A DNA stretch of 64,000 nt from Bacteroidales bacterium (GCA_023229505.1 JALNZD010000001.1:66823-130822), one strand, 5' to 3'. Numbered from the stretch's first letter, positions 38,350 through 49,219 are shown. The notes: generated by a model not told the origin, from the sequence alone. A program made the numbers and translations.

Positions 38350-39285
38350 ATGAACCTCCCACGCAGTTATTCTCTCGAGGAAATCGCCGGTTTGCTGAAT
38401 GCCAGGTTCGATGGTGATCCTTCTTTTTTAATTACCGGGATTAATGAGATCCACATGGTTAATCCAGGCGACCTGACTTTCGTGGACCACCCGAAATATT
38501 ACGATAAAGCCCTGAATTCAAAGGCCACCACGATATTGATAAACAAGGAAGTGCTACGGCCTGAAGGAAAAGCTCTCATTATTTCCGATGATCCTTTTCG
38601 CGACTATGTTTATCTGGCTAAGCATTTCCGGCCTTTCGAAGCTTGCAGTGCATCGGTCAGCCTTACCGCTGAAATCGGCCAGGGAACCATGATCCAGCCT
38701 GGTGCATTCATTGGTAACCATGTGAAAATCGGTAAAAACTGCCTGATCCACTCCAATGTCAGTATTTACGACCATACCGTGATCGGTGATGAGGTCATCA
38801 TCCATGCCAATTCGGTCATTGGTGCCGATGCATATTACTTCCAGAAGAAATCCGCAGGTTACCGCAAACTTGAATCATGCGGGCGGGTCGTGATCAAAGA
38901 CCGCGTCGAGATAGGGGCGCTGTGTTCCATTGATAAAGGAGTTTCGGGAGATACTGTTATTGATGAAGGCACCAAGTTCGATAATCATGTTCAGGTCGGA
39001 CATGACACCTATATCGGCAAAAATTGTCTCATCGGCGCCCATTGCGCCATAGCAGGTGTTACCAGGATCGAAGATGAGGTTATCCTTTGGGGCCGCGTTT
39101 CAGTAAATAAAGATATCGTGGTCGGTAAAGGAGCCGTGCTATTGGCTACTTCAGCCATTGACAAATCCATTGAAGGGGGAATAACATATTTCGGATCACC
39201 TGCAGAAGAAGCAAGGAAAAAATGGCGGGAAATGGCCTACCTGAAGAGACTCCCCGAATTATTCAAAAAGCTGGATAGTAAATAA
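38350..39285 (+). CDS. lpxD: UDP-3-O-acylglucosamine N-acyltransferase
   Basis: 311 aa. An N-terminal LpxD-type domain followed by left-handed beta-helix hexapeptide repeats (IGKNCLIHSNVSIYDHTVIGDEVIIHANSVIG...). Confidence 0.82.
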   Translation: MNLPRSYSLEEIAGLLNARFDGDPSFLITGINEIHMVNPGDLTFVDHPKYYDKALNSKATTILINKEVLRPEGKALIISDDPFRDYVYLAKHFRPFEACSASVSLTAEIGQGTMIQPGAFIGNHVKIGKNCLIHSNVSIYDHTVIGDEVIIHANSVIGADAYYFQKKSAGYRKLESCGRVVIKDRVEIGALCSIDKGVSGDTVIDEGTKFDNHVQVGHDTYIGKNCLIGAHCAIAGVTRIEDEVILWGRVSVNKDIVVGKGAVLLATSAIDKSIEGGITYFGSPAEEARKKWREMAYLKRLPELFKKLDSK

Positions 39286-39300
39286 ACAAGAAAGGATCTT

Positions 39301-40755
39301 TTACGGTTCAGGTGTTTCAATAACCTGGGTATCCCTTTCTTTTTTTCCGGAATGATACAGATCCATTGCTACCAATATTGCCGTAAATCCCCAAAATGGC
39401 ACAGACGCCTTGTCTGTGTCAAGGAAGTTATTCATTAATCCGTGCACATAATAAGTAATCAGTCCTAGCATGATCATCAAGCTCAACAGTTTGACTTCCT
39501 TATTTTGAGACCTCCGGTAAACACGAATGCCGGTAATAATGACAGTAACAACGATCCCGAAAAAACTCAGCATTCCGAGTACGCCGGATTCAGACATTGG
39601 CCCGATGTATTCACTATGGGCATTGCCCATGTCCCCGTAATTAGTGCTGATAATTGTTTTTTCCTTGGAACGCTGGTACGGAGCGTAAACAAACTGGTAA
39701 GTGCCCGGCCCCCAACCAAAAATTGGCCTTTCTTTGAACAATCTTATAGCTGAGGCCCATCGATTGATCCTTTCCAGGTTAGAAGCATCAGATGAAATAT
39801 TGGAAATCGACTGGACATGCTCCATGAAATCAGTGGAAGAGTCTTGTTTGTTCTTTTCGAGCTTATCAATGAACTGGTACTGGAACATAAAGAAGAGGCC
39901 GATACCGACCACCAGGGAAAGCAAAAGCCAGTAAAACCGGATGCGGAAGCGGACCAGAAAGTAAACCATCAGGGCAGCAGCTACACTAATCCAGGCTGCT
40001 CTGCTGTATGAGAAGATAATGCCGGTAACCAGGATAGCCAGGATGATAAAAGCCATCACACGGTAAGATCTCTTAAATTGCCGGGACAGGGATAATCCTG
40101 TAAAGACGGGAAGGAACAAGGCAATAATAGCACCATACGCCGTATGGTCATTATAAAAAGGCTTCATGACCATATTGCTGTGCGGCTTATCGAATCCATA
40201 AGTTGAATGGTTATAAAGCGTATAGAAAATTACTATTACCAGCGGAATAATGTATAACCACTGGAATCTTCTGACATTTTTCAGATCCATGAACAACAAT
40301 ATTCCGGCAAAATAGAATGGTATGACAAACCATAAACGGGCAATCATGAATTTTATGGAAACAGTGGGAATCTCACTGGTGAAACAGGTAATAAAAATCC
40401 AGACGAGATTGATGACGATGGCAATGGTAACGGGGTGCTTCATGATCTTGTGATCATAGAACCTCTCATGCAAAAGTTTCAGTATAAAAAGCAATAAAAC
40501 CCCGAACATAAGGGGTTCTGAAGGCAAAGAAATCCCGATCCCAAATTCGGCATCTTTAAGATTAACGGCAAAAGGGGTTAGAAAAGTGATCAGAAGAAGC
40601 ACATTATCTAACGAAAAAATATACAGGATGAGCAATAACAAGACGAAAGGGATAGCCAGCCCCCATAATTTATCATGGAGAAAAAGGTAGGCATTAGCGG
40701 CTATAAATACCGCGCTGGCACCATAAACCCATAATAGTTTCGCCCGTTCGGTCAA
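39301..40755 (-). CDS. O-antigen ligase / Wzy_C family membrane protein
   Basis: 484 aa with about 10-12 TM segments. A periplasmic loop carries SYSRAAW and HSEYIG, as in O-antigen polymerase/ligase proteins. Confidence 0.75.
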   Translation of the reverse strand: MTERAKLLWVYGASAVFIAANAYLFLHDKLWGLAIPFVLLLLILYIFSLDNVLLLITFLTPFAVNLKDAEFGIGISLPSEPLMFGVLLLFILKLLHERFYDHKIMKHPVTIAIVINLVWIFITCFTSEIPTVSIKFMIARLWFVIPFYFAGILLFMDLKNVRRFQWLYIIPLVIVIFYTLYNHSTYGFDKPHSNMVMKPFYNDHTAYGAIIALFLPVFTGLSLSRQFKRSYRVMAFIILAILVTGIIFSYSRAAWISVAAALMVYFLVRFRIRFYWLLLSLVVGIGLFFMFQYQFIDKLEKNKQDSSTDFMEHVQSISNISSDASNLERINRWASAIRLFKERPIFGWGPGTYQFVYAPYQRSKEKTIISTNYGDMGNAHSEYIGPMSESGVLGMLSFFGIVVTVIITGIRVYRRSQNKEVKLLSLMIMLGLITYYVHGLMNNFLDTDKASVPFWGFTAILVAMDLYHSGKKERDTQVIETPEP

Positions 40756-41735
40756 TGATTCAATTGGTTTTGATTTTTTCTGATTCTTGACACCCTCAGG
40801 TTTTCAACCATCAGAATAACAACAATGGAGAAGAAAAAGGTCAGGATGAACGTCATGGTCACAATCAGCCAGCGGACCGGAAACGATTTTTTATCGGCCG
40901 GAAATGGGCGTGTAATGACATTACAATAGGTCAGCTTAGCCTTGTAAAACCGGAGAGCATCTTCATACTGCACATTAAATGCTGTATAGGCACGCGCCTC
41001 ATTTTTAATCGATTCCGTCAGCAGGATCAGGTCGCCCCCCACCCTTTCCATATTATCTTTCAGACGTTTAACCTCGGAAGAGTTGATGTTGGCTGCAGCG
41101 CCACTGGTCACCGTACGCAAATAGCCCCTCATGATCTCTTCTGAGCTTTGATCATAACCCAATAAGCCTGATTCAACGCTTAGAGTATATAAAGCTTGTT
41201 TCAGCGAATCAATATCTCTTTCCTTCTTAGATAGTAATTGCTTGAACATGTCCATCACTTCCAAATACTTGGCATTGTGCATATTTCTGACTTTCTGATT
41301 GTAAAAGTCGATAATCGCTTCAACAATATTGCAGGCCATAACAGGATCCTTGTCAAGAGCTTCTATACTTACCGCATCATAAGGAGTTTTTTCAACTTTA
41401 ATATTCTGGCTGTATTCGTAATAAATAGCTGTTTTAAAGTATTTATAATCTTTTGAAATCTTGTAATGTTCAGGCAGGTTAAACTTTGTAATCACACTGT
41501 CAATAATATCCTGTGACTGCAGGATCTGGTACATCTGTTCCGTTTCACTTTCTTCAGAATACGGTGATACATTAGCCGGATAGATCACGGCCATGGATTT
41601 GAATTTTGGTGTGATGAATAAGGAGCTGGAGAAGATAACCGCCAGCACAACTGCAACCGAAAGGATCACCAGCAGGTGGATTCTCCATTTGAGCAGAAGG
41701 TTGATCAGGTTCGTATTATTAAAGTATTTTTCCAT
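40752..41735 (-). CDS. Wzz-like polysaccharide chain-length determinant family protein
   Basis: An N-terminal TM segment followed by FITPKFKSMAVIYP, a long coiled periplasmic region and a C-terminal TM. Paralog of the next gene. Confidence 0.6.
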   Translation of the reverse strand: MEKYFNNTNLINLLLKWRIHLLVILSVAVVLAVIFSSSLFITPKFKSMAVIYPANVSPYSEESETEQMYQILQSQDIIDSVITKFNLPEHYKISKDYKYFKTAIYYEYSQNIKVEKTPYDAVSIEALDKDPVMACNIVEAIIDFYNQKVRNMHNAKYLEVMDMFKQLLSKKERDIDSLKQALYTLSVESGLLGYDQSSEEIMRGYLRTVTSGAAANINSSEVKRLKDNMERVGGDLILLTESIKNEARAYTAFNVQYEDALRFYKAKLTYCNVITRPFPADKKSFPVRWLIVTMTFILTFFFSIVVILMVENLRVSRIRKNQNQLNH

Positions 41736-41785
41736 TTTGAGCTCAGATATTTTAAATTTCTGAAATCTGACATTCAGCTTAGGTA

Positions 41786-42835
41786 TTATTGGGAACTGAA
41801 GTTTTTTTTTAACTGTAACTTCGTATAATTCTCAACGATGATAATGGTTAAAACCGCCGCAAAGAAGACGATAAAGGCAGTGACAACCAATATGATCCAC
41901 CGGATCGGGTATGATTTGATCTCTGCTTTGTAAGCGCTGTTTATGATAAATTTCTGAGGCAGAAACTGCTCTGCGTCAACTTTGGCTTCCTGGTACTTGG
42001 TCTTTAGCAAAGTCAACTGCTCTGTCTTAAACTCCAGTTCATTCTTCAGAGATAGGAAAACCCCTCCGTATTTTCCGATGGTATCAAGTTTCTGTTGAAG
42101 GACTCTGACTGCATGTTGATTGTTTTGAGAAAGTGCAATAGCAAACTGCTGGTTAAGAACTTCTGATTGTCTTTCGTAATCATTAACTCCTTTACTTCCG
42201 AGGTATCTTAATGATTCGACGATGCTACTGACTTCATTTTCAAGGCTGCGATACTGCTCATCGACAATCTGGAAAGCTTTGACCGCCCTCTCTTTCTGCA
42301 TAATATTCCTGGTAGAATCAAGCAAGGCTGCAATATCATTAGCCATGTCCGCTGCCATTTGCGGATCGGTATCAAAAACGGTGATCTTCACAGCCATGTA
42401 TTCCGTCCGGCGAAACTTGACATTATTTTCATATTCCCTGTGTAACCGGGTATATTTATATTTTGAATCCGGGGAGATATTATAATGCCCCATGAGATCA
42501 TATTTCTCAACAATCCTGTCCCTGATCAGGTTAGAATTCAGCATCTGCAGCATCTGTTCAGCTTGCTCATCTTCACCGATACCCAGAATATCTTCTTTTA
42601 TTCCGCTGTTCTGGCTGATCAAAACTTTGGAAATCGAATTGGTCGCAACCGGGAACATGATCACGGAAGATTTGTATTTGGGCTTAATAAAGAAGGGCGA
42701 TGAAAAAATAATTGAGGCAACGATAGCAATGGCGGTAATAATAGCCAGTGGAAGTCTCCACTTATATAATAAATGCAACAGGTTGATGGAATTAAGTTCC
42801 TTTTTGAAGGGTTCCTGGTTCAACTGATCAGTCAT
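41786..42835 (-). CDS. Wzz-like polysaccharide chain-length determinant family protein
   Basis: Same architecture (FFIKPKYKSSVIMFP after TM1, and a C-terminal TM). Confidence 0.6.
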   Translation of the reverse strand: MTDQLNQEPFKKELNSINLLHLLYKWRLPLAIITAIAIVASIIFSSPFFIKPKYKSSVIMFPVATNSISKVLISQNSGIKEDILGIGEDEQAEQMLQMLNSNLIRDRIVEKYDLMGHYNISPDSKYKYTRLHREYENNVKFRRTEYMAVKITVFDTDPQMAADMANDIAALLDSTRNIMQKERAVKAFQIVDEQYRSLENEVSSIVESLRYLGSKGVNDYERQSEVLNQQFAIALSQNNQHAVRVLQQKLDTIGKYGGVFLSLKNELEFKTEQLTLLKTKYQEAKVDAEQFLPQKFIINSAYKAEIKSYPIRWIILVVTAFIVFFAAVLTIIIVENYTKLQLKKNFSSQ

Positions 42836-43192
42836 GTTTTCCTTTTTACGAAAAAGAGATCAAATTTAGAAATAAATATTTAAAGTTTAGCTTTTTCTAT
42901 AAACTATAATATTAAAATAAGGTTCCGATGCTGCAAGCAGATCCCTCGCTTACAAAACTTTGAAAAGTACCGATATTTCCGACTTTTATCATTGTTTGAA
43001 TAAAAAAGGTGCGCCTGACCTGCGCCAGCAAGTATTTCACCTAAATTAGTCCGCTTTTGGCTGAAGATTTACAATGTAAACCATATTTCAGTAAAAATAG
43101 AATAAAATTAGATTTAAAAATGAGGAGGAAATTATTCAAGAATTACTGCAAAATAATTGGATAAGAACATGTTGGGTAATTCTAAGAGGTAT

Positions 43193-43993
43193 TTACTTGA
43201 TCACTTTTATGATCCAAATGTCCTGCTGAGGCTTGTTGTTTCTTATATCGCCTTCAATATGCTCGAGTAATTGGTGTCCTTTTATAAGCTCTGTTACAAA
43301 GTCAGGGGGATGAATAGCAGTATACGTCCTATGGCCAATTTTTGTATTACCTCTTGTAATTAATTCTCCCCGATTAAATTGATCTAGTTCAGATATTGTC
43401 AGTTTTATCCTGAATGCATTACCCTGCATCGTAAGGAATAAAATGCCATTTTTTTTAGTTATTCGCACTAATTCAGAAAACCACTTGTAATGCAATCCCT
43501 CAGGAAGATGTGTAAAAATCGAAATGCCATAAATAATGTCAAATGAATTGTCCACATAAGGCAATGGTGGCTCAGTATCGTTCAGGTTAAAATTGACTCC
43601 CTTTATCGCTTTTTTATTCCAGGCAATTGATTTTGCATTATAATCAGTCCCATAGACGGAACATGATTTATCAAGTAAATCCGGAAGATGTCGGACGATT
43701 CTTGCGGGTCCACATCCCCAATCTAAAATATTTATATTGATTAATTGATAGTGTCTTTTGAAATGATCCAGTAACCAAGCGGCTGTATTCCTGCTTGCAA
43801 AATAATAGCTGTCATAATTGAGGTCAAATGCTTCATAAATGAGATAAGCAGGGGGAATTGGAATGCCAGGATTTTTTGATATGAACCTTCTTCTTTCTTT
43901 TAATTTCTTTAAATGGAAAATGAAAAATCTTATTTTGTCAGTAAAGAGTAATATTCCTAATTGCCTTAAAAGATTTGAAATCTTCGTCCTCAT
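43193..43993 (-). CDS. class I SAM-dependent methyltransferase
   Basis: Motif I ILDWGCGPARIVRHL, post-I YGTDYN, and FDIIYGISIFTHL. AT-rich, with long intergenic spacers on both sides. Confidence 0.8.
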   Translation of the reverse strand: MRTKISNLLRQLGILLFTDKIRFFIFHLKKLKERRRFISKNPGIPIPPAYLIYEAFDLNYDSYYFASRNTAAWLLDHFKRHYQLININILDWGCGPARIVRHLPDLLDKSCSVYGTDYNAKSIAWNKKAIKGVNFNLNDTEPPLPYVDNSFDIIYGISIFTHLPEGLHYKWFSELVRITKKNGILFLTMQGNAFRIKLTISELDQFNRGELITRGNTKIGHRTYTAIHPPDFVTELIKGHQLLEHIEGDIRNNKPQQDIWIIKVIK

Positions 43994-44170
43994 TTTTAAT
44001 AATTTAATAATCTCAGGCTTAATATAAAAAATTGTTGTCCGGTATTGGCTTTATTTCGATTAGTAGATTTGCCTGATCAGACTATTCTACATATGTAAAA
44101 GTACTTTTTTTTCCGGTCGCACGATGATATCTGGCGCTCCGCCCATTTCTCTTTAAATTAACTCCATGCC

Positions 44171-44208
44171 GTCATCCCGAGGCTCCGCCAAAGGCGGAGA
44201 CGAGGGAC
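44171..44208. repeat. GC-rich REP-like hairpin
   Basis: GTCATCCCGAGGCTCCGCC-aaa-GGCGGAGACGAGGGAC. It contains the 15-mer TCCGCCAAAGGCGGA (44184..44198), identical to 28622..28636. Confidence 0.5.
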
Positions 44209-44233
44209 CCAATAGCCAATTCATTCCTAACCA

Positions 44234-45721
44234 TCAAACCGACGATTTTTCTTTAAGCAAACGAATGATTTCCACGATATTGATCAATCTTAATGTAAAA
44301 GCAGAAATAAGACTGGCAGTTAACATGATCGAAAAGCTGAGTAACCAGTGGAAGGATAATTCTTTCGAAATGAAGTTAAAGCCTATCACTAAAACGATAA
44401 AGAACAGAAGAGTGAAAATAAAACGATAATCTATCTTAAAACGGAAAAAGTACTGTGCCATGATAAGATAGGAGCCCGCCGTGAACAGCTGTGTAACAAG
44501 ACTTGCATAAGCCGCACCGGAAGCCTGCATCCTGGGTATTAAGAGGATATTAATACCGAAATTCACAATAATTCCTCCCAGGGCTATCATGTTCAGCTGC
44601 TTCAGATTGCCATTTGCCGTGAGCAACGTACTAAAAACATACATAGTAGTACTTCCCAGGAAACCGAACATCAGGATACCATAGACCCGGGCAGATTGGC
44701 TGAGTTTGTCTGCAAACTCAGCCGCTGATTCCAGTTCTCCTCTCGGATATAGCCATTCCATGATCTCGGTCCTGTAGAAATAAGAACCGGTAACGACGAT
44801 AATAGCTGAAGTGATCAGCAGAGAATAAGGCAACCTGATCATTTTATTCAATTCCTGCTTCATCTTGATCATCTTCGAGTAAATAGGCAAAAGCAACACG
44901 GCAAAAAGCCACGCAAACTGGTTAAACGCGTCAAGTAAACGAAAAGCATGAGCATATATACCAACTTGCCGCTTGCCTTCTGCTCCTTCAAGTAGCCGTT
45001 CGATAAAAACCGAATCGACCCGGTTATAAACCGACATAAGCAGCGCCAGGATAGCAAAAGGCAGGCTCTTTTTCAGGATCACCAGGAAAAATGGCCAGTT
45101 CCAGCTTAGTCTTTTAAACTTTGCCTTCCGCACAACGATAGCCATGGCTACTGCCATGGTAATCAGGTATGCCGCTGTTTGGGCATAAACGAACCATTCG
45201 ATTTTAAACACCCCACCTGTAAGGTTCCCCCAAAGTAAAGCAGCACATATTAATATCATCAGTACCCGGTCAAATACGGAGAGAAAACTGTCGGTGCGGA
45301 ACATTAGCATACCTGATACATTCGACCTCAGGTAAAGGATAAAAGAGAGGAGGAACTGGTTAAACCCCACCCAAGCTAGCATGGTTAGCTGTTCCCCTTT
45401 ATACCCGATGATCAGGGCAACAATGAAGGTCACGGCAACATAAATAAATGTAAGTAAGAATTTCAGGATTACCAGGCTTGAGAAATGCTTGTTCAGCAAG
45501 TGGACATGCTGGGCAATATTCCGGTTGTTGAAATTTGTAATTCCGGCATCCAGCAATATATTGAACAGAAAAGCAAAATTAAAAATGGTAAAATAAAAAC
45601 CGTAATCCACAAGCCCAACCGTATTCTGCACCGTGCGATCGATCCCGAAAATCCAGAATGGCTTTACCAGAAAGTTCAGGAACAGCAATAGGGCAAGATT
45701 GGTCAGGAATTTTTTCTGCAT
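44234..45721 (-). CDS. oligosaccharide flippase (Wzx/MOP superfamily)
   Basis: 495 aa with about 12-14 TM segments, an N-terminus typical of polysaccharide biosynthesis flippases, and a polysaccharide-locus context. Confidence 0.78.
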   Translation of the reverse strand: MQKKFLTNLALLLFLNFLVKPFWIFGIDRTVQNTVGLVDYGFYFTIFNFAFLFNILLDAGITNFNNRNIAQHVHLLNKHFSSLVILKFLLTFIYVAVTFIVALIIGYKGEQLTMLAWVGFNQFLLSFILYLRSNVSGMLMFRTDSFLSVFDRVLMILICAALLWGNLTGGVFKIEWFVYAQTAAYLITMAVAMAIVVRKAKFKRLSWNWPFFLVILKKSLPFAILALLMSVYNRVDSVFIERLLEGAEGKRQVGIYAHAFRLLDAFNQFAWLFAVLLLPIYSKMIKMKQELNKMIRLPYSLLITSAIIVVTGSYFYRTEIMEWLYPRGELESAAEFADKLSQSARVYGILMFGFLGSTTMYVFSTLLTANGNLKQLNMIALGGIIVNFGINILLIPRMQASGAAYASLVTQLFTAGSYLIMAQYFFRFKIDYRFIFTLLFFIVLVIGFNFISKELSFHWLLSFSIMLTASLISAFTLRLINIVEIIRLLKEKSSV

Positions 45722-45798
45722 TGATGGGTTGTTAGGAAAATGTGATAATAACAGGCGGTTTAATATTCTCTCTTGAGCCAGTCATTTTCAAAAAAAAT

Positions 45799-45806
45799 TA
45801 AATTTG
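45799..45806 (+). promoter_or_regulatory. candidate -7 box TAnnTTTG in the divergent flippase/glycosyltransferase spacer
   Basis: TAAATTTG lies 87 nt upstream of the proposed TTG start at 45893. Confidence 0.25.
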
Positions 45807-45892
45807 TACAAAGTTATGAGATTTAAAAAACGGTGCACGGGTTAAATCCGGTATGTAACCGGAAGTTTAATTTCTTTTTAATATATATAAAA

Positions 45893-47029
45893 TTGAGAAT
45901 TGCCGTTAACACCAGGTTGCTCCTGAAAAACAAGCTCGAAGGAATAGGATGGTTTTCTTACGAAACTTTAAGAAGGATAACGAAACAGCACCAGGAACAT
46001 CAGTTTTATTTCATGTTCGACCGGCAATTCGATGAGTCATTCATTTTTTCAGGGAATATCACACCCGTGGTTATCCCGCCGCAAGCCCGGCATCCGTTGC
46101 TGTATTACCTTTGGTTTGAAAAATCTATTCCTAGGATATTAAAAAAGATCCAGCCCGATCTCTTTTTCTCTCCCGATGGATATTTATCGCTTTCCAGCCC
46201 GGTTAAATCGATGAATGTTATTCATGACCTGAATTTTGAACATTATCCCGAGGACCTTCCATATCCCGAAAGGACATTCTATCGTCATTATTTTCCGCAA
46301 TATGCCCGGAAAGCCTGCCGTATCGCGACGGTTTCGGAATTTTCAAAACGGGACATCATCAACCAGTATCATGTTTCCCCTGAAAAGATCGATGTAGTTT
46401 ACAATGGCGCTAATGACCGTTACTCTCCCCTTTCTGAGTCTGAAAAGTTCCTGGTCAGGGCAAAATATTCCGAGGGTATCCCCTATTTTGTATTTGTAGG
46501 TGCCCTGCATCCCCGCAAAAACCTGGCAAATTTATTCCGCGCTTTCGATCTCTTCAGGCAGGAAACCGGTATCAACATGAAACTGCTCACCATCGGGCAG
46601 AAAAAATGGTGGACCAAAAGTATCAAAGAAGCTTATGATAAGATGCAGTTTAATAAGGATGTGGGTTTTTGCGGCCGGCTCGAACCACTCGAGTTGAACA
46701 GGGTAATTGCCTCCGCTACAGCACTTACTTACGTTTCTTATTTTGAGGGGTTCGGTATCCCGATCCTCGAAGCATTTTACTGCGAAACACCGGTAATTAC
46801 ATCCAATGTAACCTCCATGCCTGAAGTTGCCGGAGATGCTGCCATTCTCATCGATCCTTTCTCTGTAAAATCGATCTGTGAAGGGATGATGAAAATTGTG
46901 TCAGATCCCTCAATTAGCATTTCTCTCAATGAAAAAGCACGTGAACGCAGGCAGGTTTTCAACTGGCAAAGAACCGCCGGCCTGCTCTGGGACTCCATGG
47001 AAAAGGCATTAGATTCAAAAAAACCGTAA
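45893..47029 (+). CDS. GT4 family glycosyltransferase
   Basis: The GT-B C-terminal signature YFEGFGIPILEAFYCETPVITSNVTSMPEV (E-x7-E region). The in-frame TTG at 45893 gives the typical N-terminus (M)RIAVNTRLL. The ORF is open from 45833. Confidence 0.8.
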   Translation: MRIAVNTRLLLKNKLEGIGWFSYETLRRITKQHQEHQFYFMFDRQFDESFIFSGNITPVVIPPQARHPLLYYLWFEKSIPRILKKIQPDLFFSPDGYLSLSSPVKSMNVIHDLNFEHYPEDLPYPERTFYRHYFPQYARKACRIATVSEFSKRDIINQYHVSPEKIDVVYNGANDRYSPLSESEKFLVRAKYSEGIPYFVFVGALHPRKNLANLFRAFDLFRQETGINMKLLTIGQKKWWTKSIKEAYDKMQFNKDVGFCGRLEPLELNRVIASATALTYVSYFEGFGIPILEAFYCETPVITSNVTSMPEVAGDAAILIDPFSVKSICEGMMKIVSDPSISISLNEKARERRQVFNWQRTAGLLWDSMEKALDSKKP

Positions 47030-47041
47030 AAAAAGAAATGA

Positions 47042-48334
47042 ATGAATGTTTTGATCATTGGTTCCGGGGGAAGAGAACATGCTTTAGCCTGGAAATTGCG
47101 ACAAAGCCCTCTATTGACGGAGTTATTTATTGCACCCGGCAATGCAGGAACAGCAGAATTGGGAAAAAATGTAAACCTTTCTGTTTCTGATTTCGCAGGA
47201 ATCAGGGAGATGGCCCTGGAGAATAAGATTGAAATGGTCGTAGTCGGCCCGGAAGTGCCGCTGGTGGAAGGCATCCATGATTTCTTTCTCGCTGATCCAT
47301 TGCTGAAAGAGATTCCCGTTATCGGGCCCAGGCAACAGGCGGCCATGCTCGAAGGCAGTAAGGACTTTGCCAAGGCTTTCATGGAAAGACATAACATACC
47401 CACCGCAAGGTACAGGACGTTTACCAAAGATCAGCTCAAAGAAGCCATTCACTTCCTTGAGAAAATGAATCCTCCTTTTGTTATCAAAGCGGATGGCCTT
47501 GCCGCGGGTAAAGGCGTTGTTATATGCAAGACTCTGAAAGAGGCACAGGAGGAGATCAGGGCGATGTTGCTCCATGAAAAATTCGGCGAGGCCAGTGAGA
47601 AAGTGATCATTGAAGAATTCCTGGCCGGTATAGAAATGTCCGCATTTGTGCTGACCGACGGCTTGCACTACCTGATCCTGCCGTCAGCAAAAGATTACAA
47701 GAGGATCGGAGAGGGCGATCTCGGCCCGAACACGGGCGGCATGGGATCTGTTTCCCCCGTCCCTTTTGCAGGTGATGCTTTTATGAAGAAGGTCGAAGAA
47801 AGGGTCATCACGCCTACTATCGAAGGCTTGATCCGGGATGGCATAGAATACAGGGGATTTATCTTTTTTGGGCTGATCAATGTTGAAGGTGATCCGTATG
47901 TCATCGAATACAATGCCAGGATGGGCGACCCTGAAGCAGAATCCATCATTCCCCGGATTAAAAATGATTTGCTTGAATTGTTCATAGCAATTGGTAACCA
48001 AAGCCTTGACCTGTATAAAATTGAAGTTGATCCAAGGTATGCAGCAACGGTGATGTTGGTTTCATCGGGCTATCCGGGAAGTTATGAGAAAAATAAAACT
48101 ATATCCGGTCTTGACCTGGTTGAAGACAGCATCATTTTTCACGCGGGAACCATCATCGGTCCTGAAGAAAATCAGGTGCTTACCCATGGCGGGCGTGTTC
48201 TGGCCCTGACTTCTTTCGGGGACACAATAATAGAAGCTTTCAGGAAGTCATATCTGAATGCGGACAAAATTAAATATGAGAATAAAGCTTTCCGGCGGGA
48301 CCTCGGGCAGGATCTGTTGAAGTACCTAAAGTGA
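47042..48334 (+). CDS. purD: phosphoribosylamine--glycine ligase
   Basis: MNVLIIGSGGREHALAWKL, VIKADGLAAGKGV and EYNARMGDPE motifs. Confidence 0.95.
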   Translation: MNVLIIGSGGREHALAWKLRQSPLLTELFIAPGNAGTAELGKNVNLSVSDFAGIREMALENKIEMVVVGPEVPLVEGIHDFFLADPLLKEIPVIGPRQQAAMLEGSKDFAKAFMERHNIPTARYRTFTKDQLKEAIHFLEKMNPPFVIKADGLAAGKGVVICKTLKEAQEEIRAMLLHEKFGEASEKVIIEEFLAGIEMSAFVLTDGLHYLILPSAKDYKRIGEGDLGPNTGGMGSVSPVPFAGDAFMKKVEERVITPTIEGLIRDGIEYRGFIFFGLINVEGDPYVIEYNARMGDPEAESIIPRIKNDLLELFIAIGNQSLDLYKIEVDPRYAATVMLVSSGYPGSYEKNKTISGLDLVEDSIIFHAGTIIGPEENQVLTHGGRVLALTSFGDTIIEAFRKSYLNADKIKYENKAFRRDLGQDLLKYLK

Positions 48335-48500
48335 TTCAGGGTGCAATTCGACCTTCATGTTCCATTTTGCATTTTTCATGTTGTATTTTTCATTTGTTGA
48401 GTATTTCATAAATCGTTGGGGTCATTGAAGTGTAATCAGAAGACCTATTTCTTAATTTCAAATTCAATCATTTTTTGTAATTTTATTAAAAATTAGGAAG

Positions 48501-48821
48501 ATGATTGACAATGTTAAAATAATATCTGACTTGAAAAGCCACTTGCTTAAAAACTATGGTAAATCTGTAAATGATGTCGTTTTGTTTGGTTCTCAGGCAC
48601 GTGGCGATTCCAATGAATATTCTGATTTTGATGTTTTAATTGTTTTAGAAAATGATTATTCGGGAAGGGATGAAAATCAAATTCTGGATTTGTGTTATGA
48701 TATTGATTTAAAATATGACATCCTCTTAGATGTTCATCTAATTTCAATTAAAGAATTGACTTCTATTCGTGGGAGACAACCTGTCTTTGTTAATGCTATT
48801 AAATCCGGGATACACGCATGA
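48501..48821 (+). CDS. MNT-type nucleotidyltransferase (antitoxin of a HEPN/MNT type VII TA pair)
   Basis: GSQARGDSNEYSDFDVLIV is the Pol-beta nucleotidyltransferase GS-x-DxD motif. Overlaps the next gene by 4 nt. Confidence 0.85.
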   Translation: MIDNVKIISDLKSHLLKNYGKSVNDVVLFGSQARGDSNEYSDFDVLIVLENDYSGRDENQILDLCYDIDLKYDILLDVHLISIKELTSIRGRQPVFVNAIKSGIHA

Positions 48822-49219
48822 CAATTGAAAGCAACGATAGAGAAAACTTAATTAAATATCGGCTGGAGCAAGCAGAAGAAACAATATCAGATGTTCAACT
48901 TCTTATCGAGAACAACAGATTACGATCAGCAGTTAACCGGATTTATTATGGAATGTTCTATTCTCTTTTAGCGTTGGGATTAGCGAACCAATATGAGGCC
49001 TCGAAACATGCCCAACTTATTGGTTGGTTCAATAAAAACTTCATAAACGAGGGTTTAATTAATTCAAAATATGGCAAAATAATCAATAAAGCATTTAACA
49101 GAAGGACTAAAGGAGATTATGATACCTATGTTGAATTTGAAAAGAACATTGTACTTGAGATGTTTAAAGAAATGCAAGATTTTATATCGGAAATCAAATC
49201 ATACCTTAAAATTCATTAA
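48818..49219 (+). CDS. HEPN domain protein (toxin partner)
   Basis: 133 aa, helical. AVNRIYYGMFYSLLAL and NRRTKGDYD (R-x4-6-H-like region) are typical of HEPN partners of MNT. Confidence 0.82.
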   Translation: MTIESNDRENLIKYRLEQAEETISDVQLLIENNRLRSAVNRIYYGMFYSLLALGLANQYEASKHAQLIGWFNKNFINEGLINSKYGKIINKAFNRRTKGDYDTYVEFEKNIVLEMFKEMQDFISEIKSYLKIH

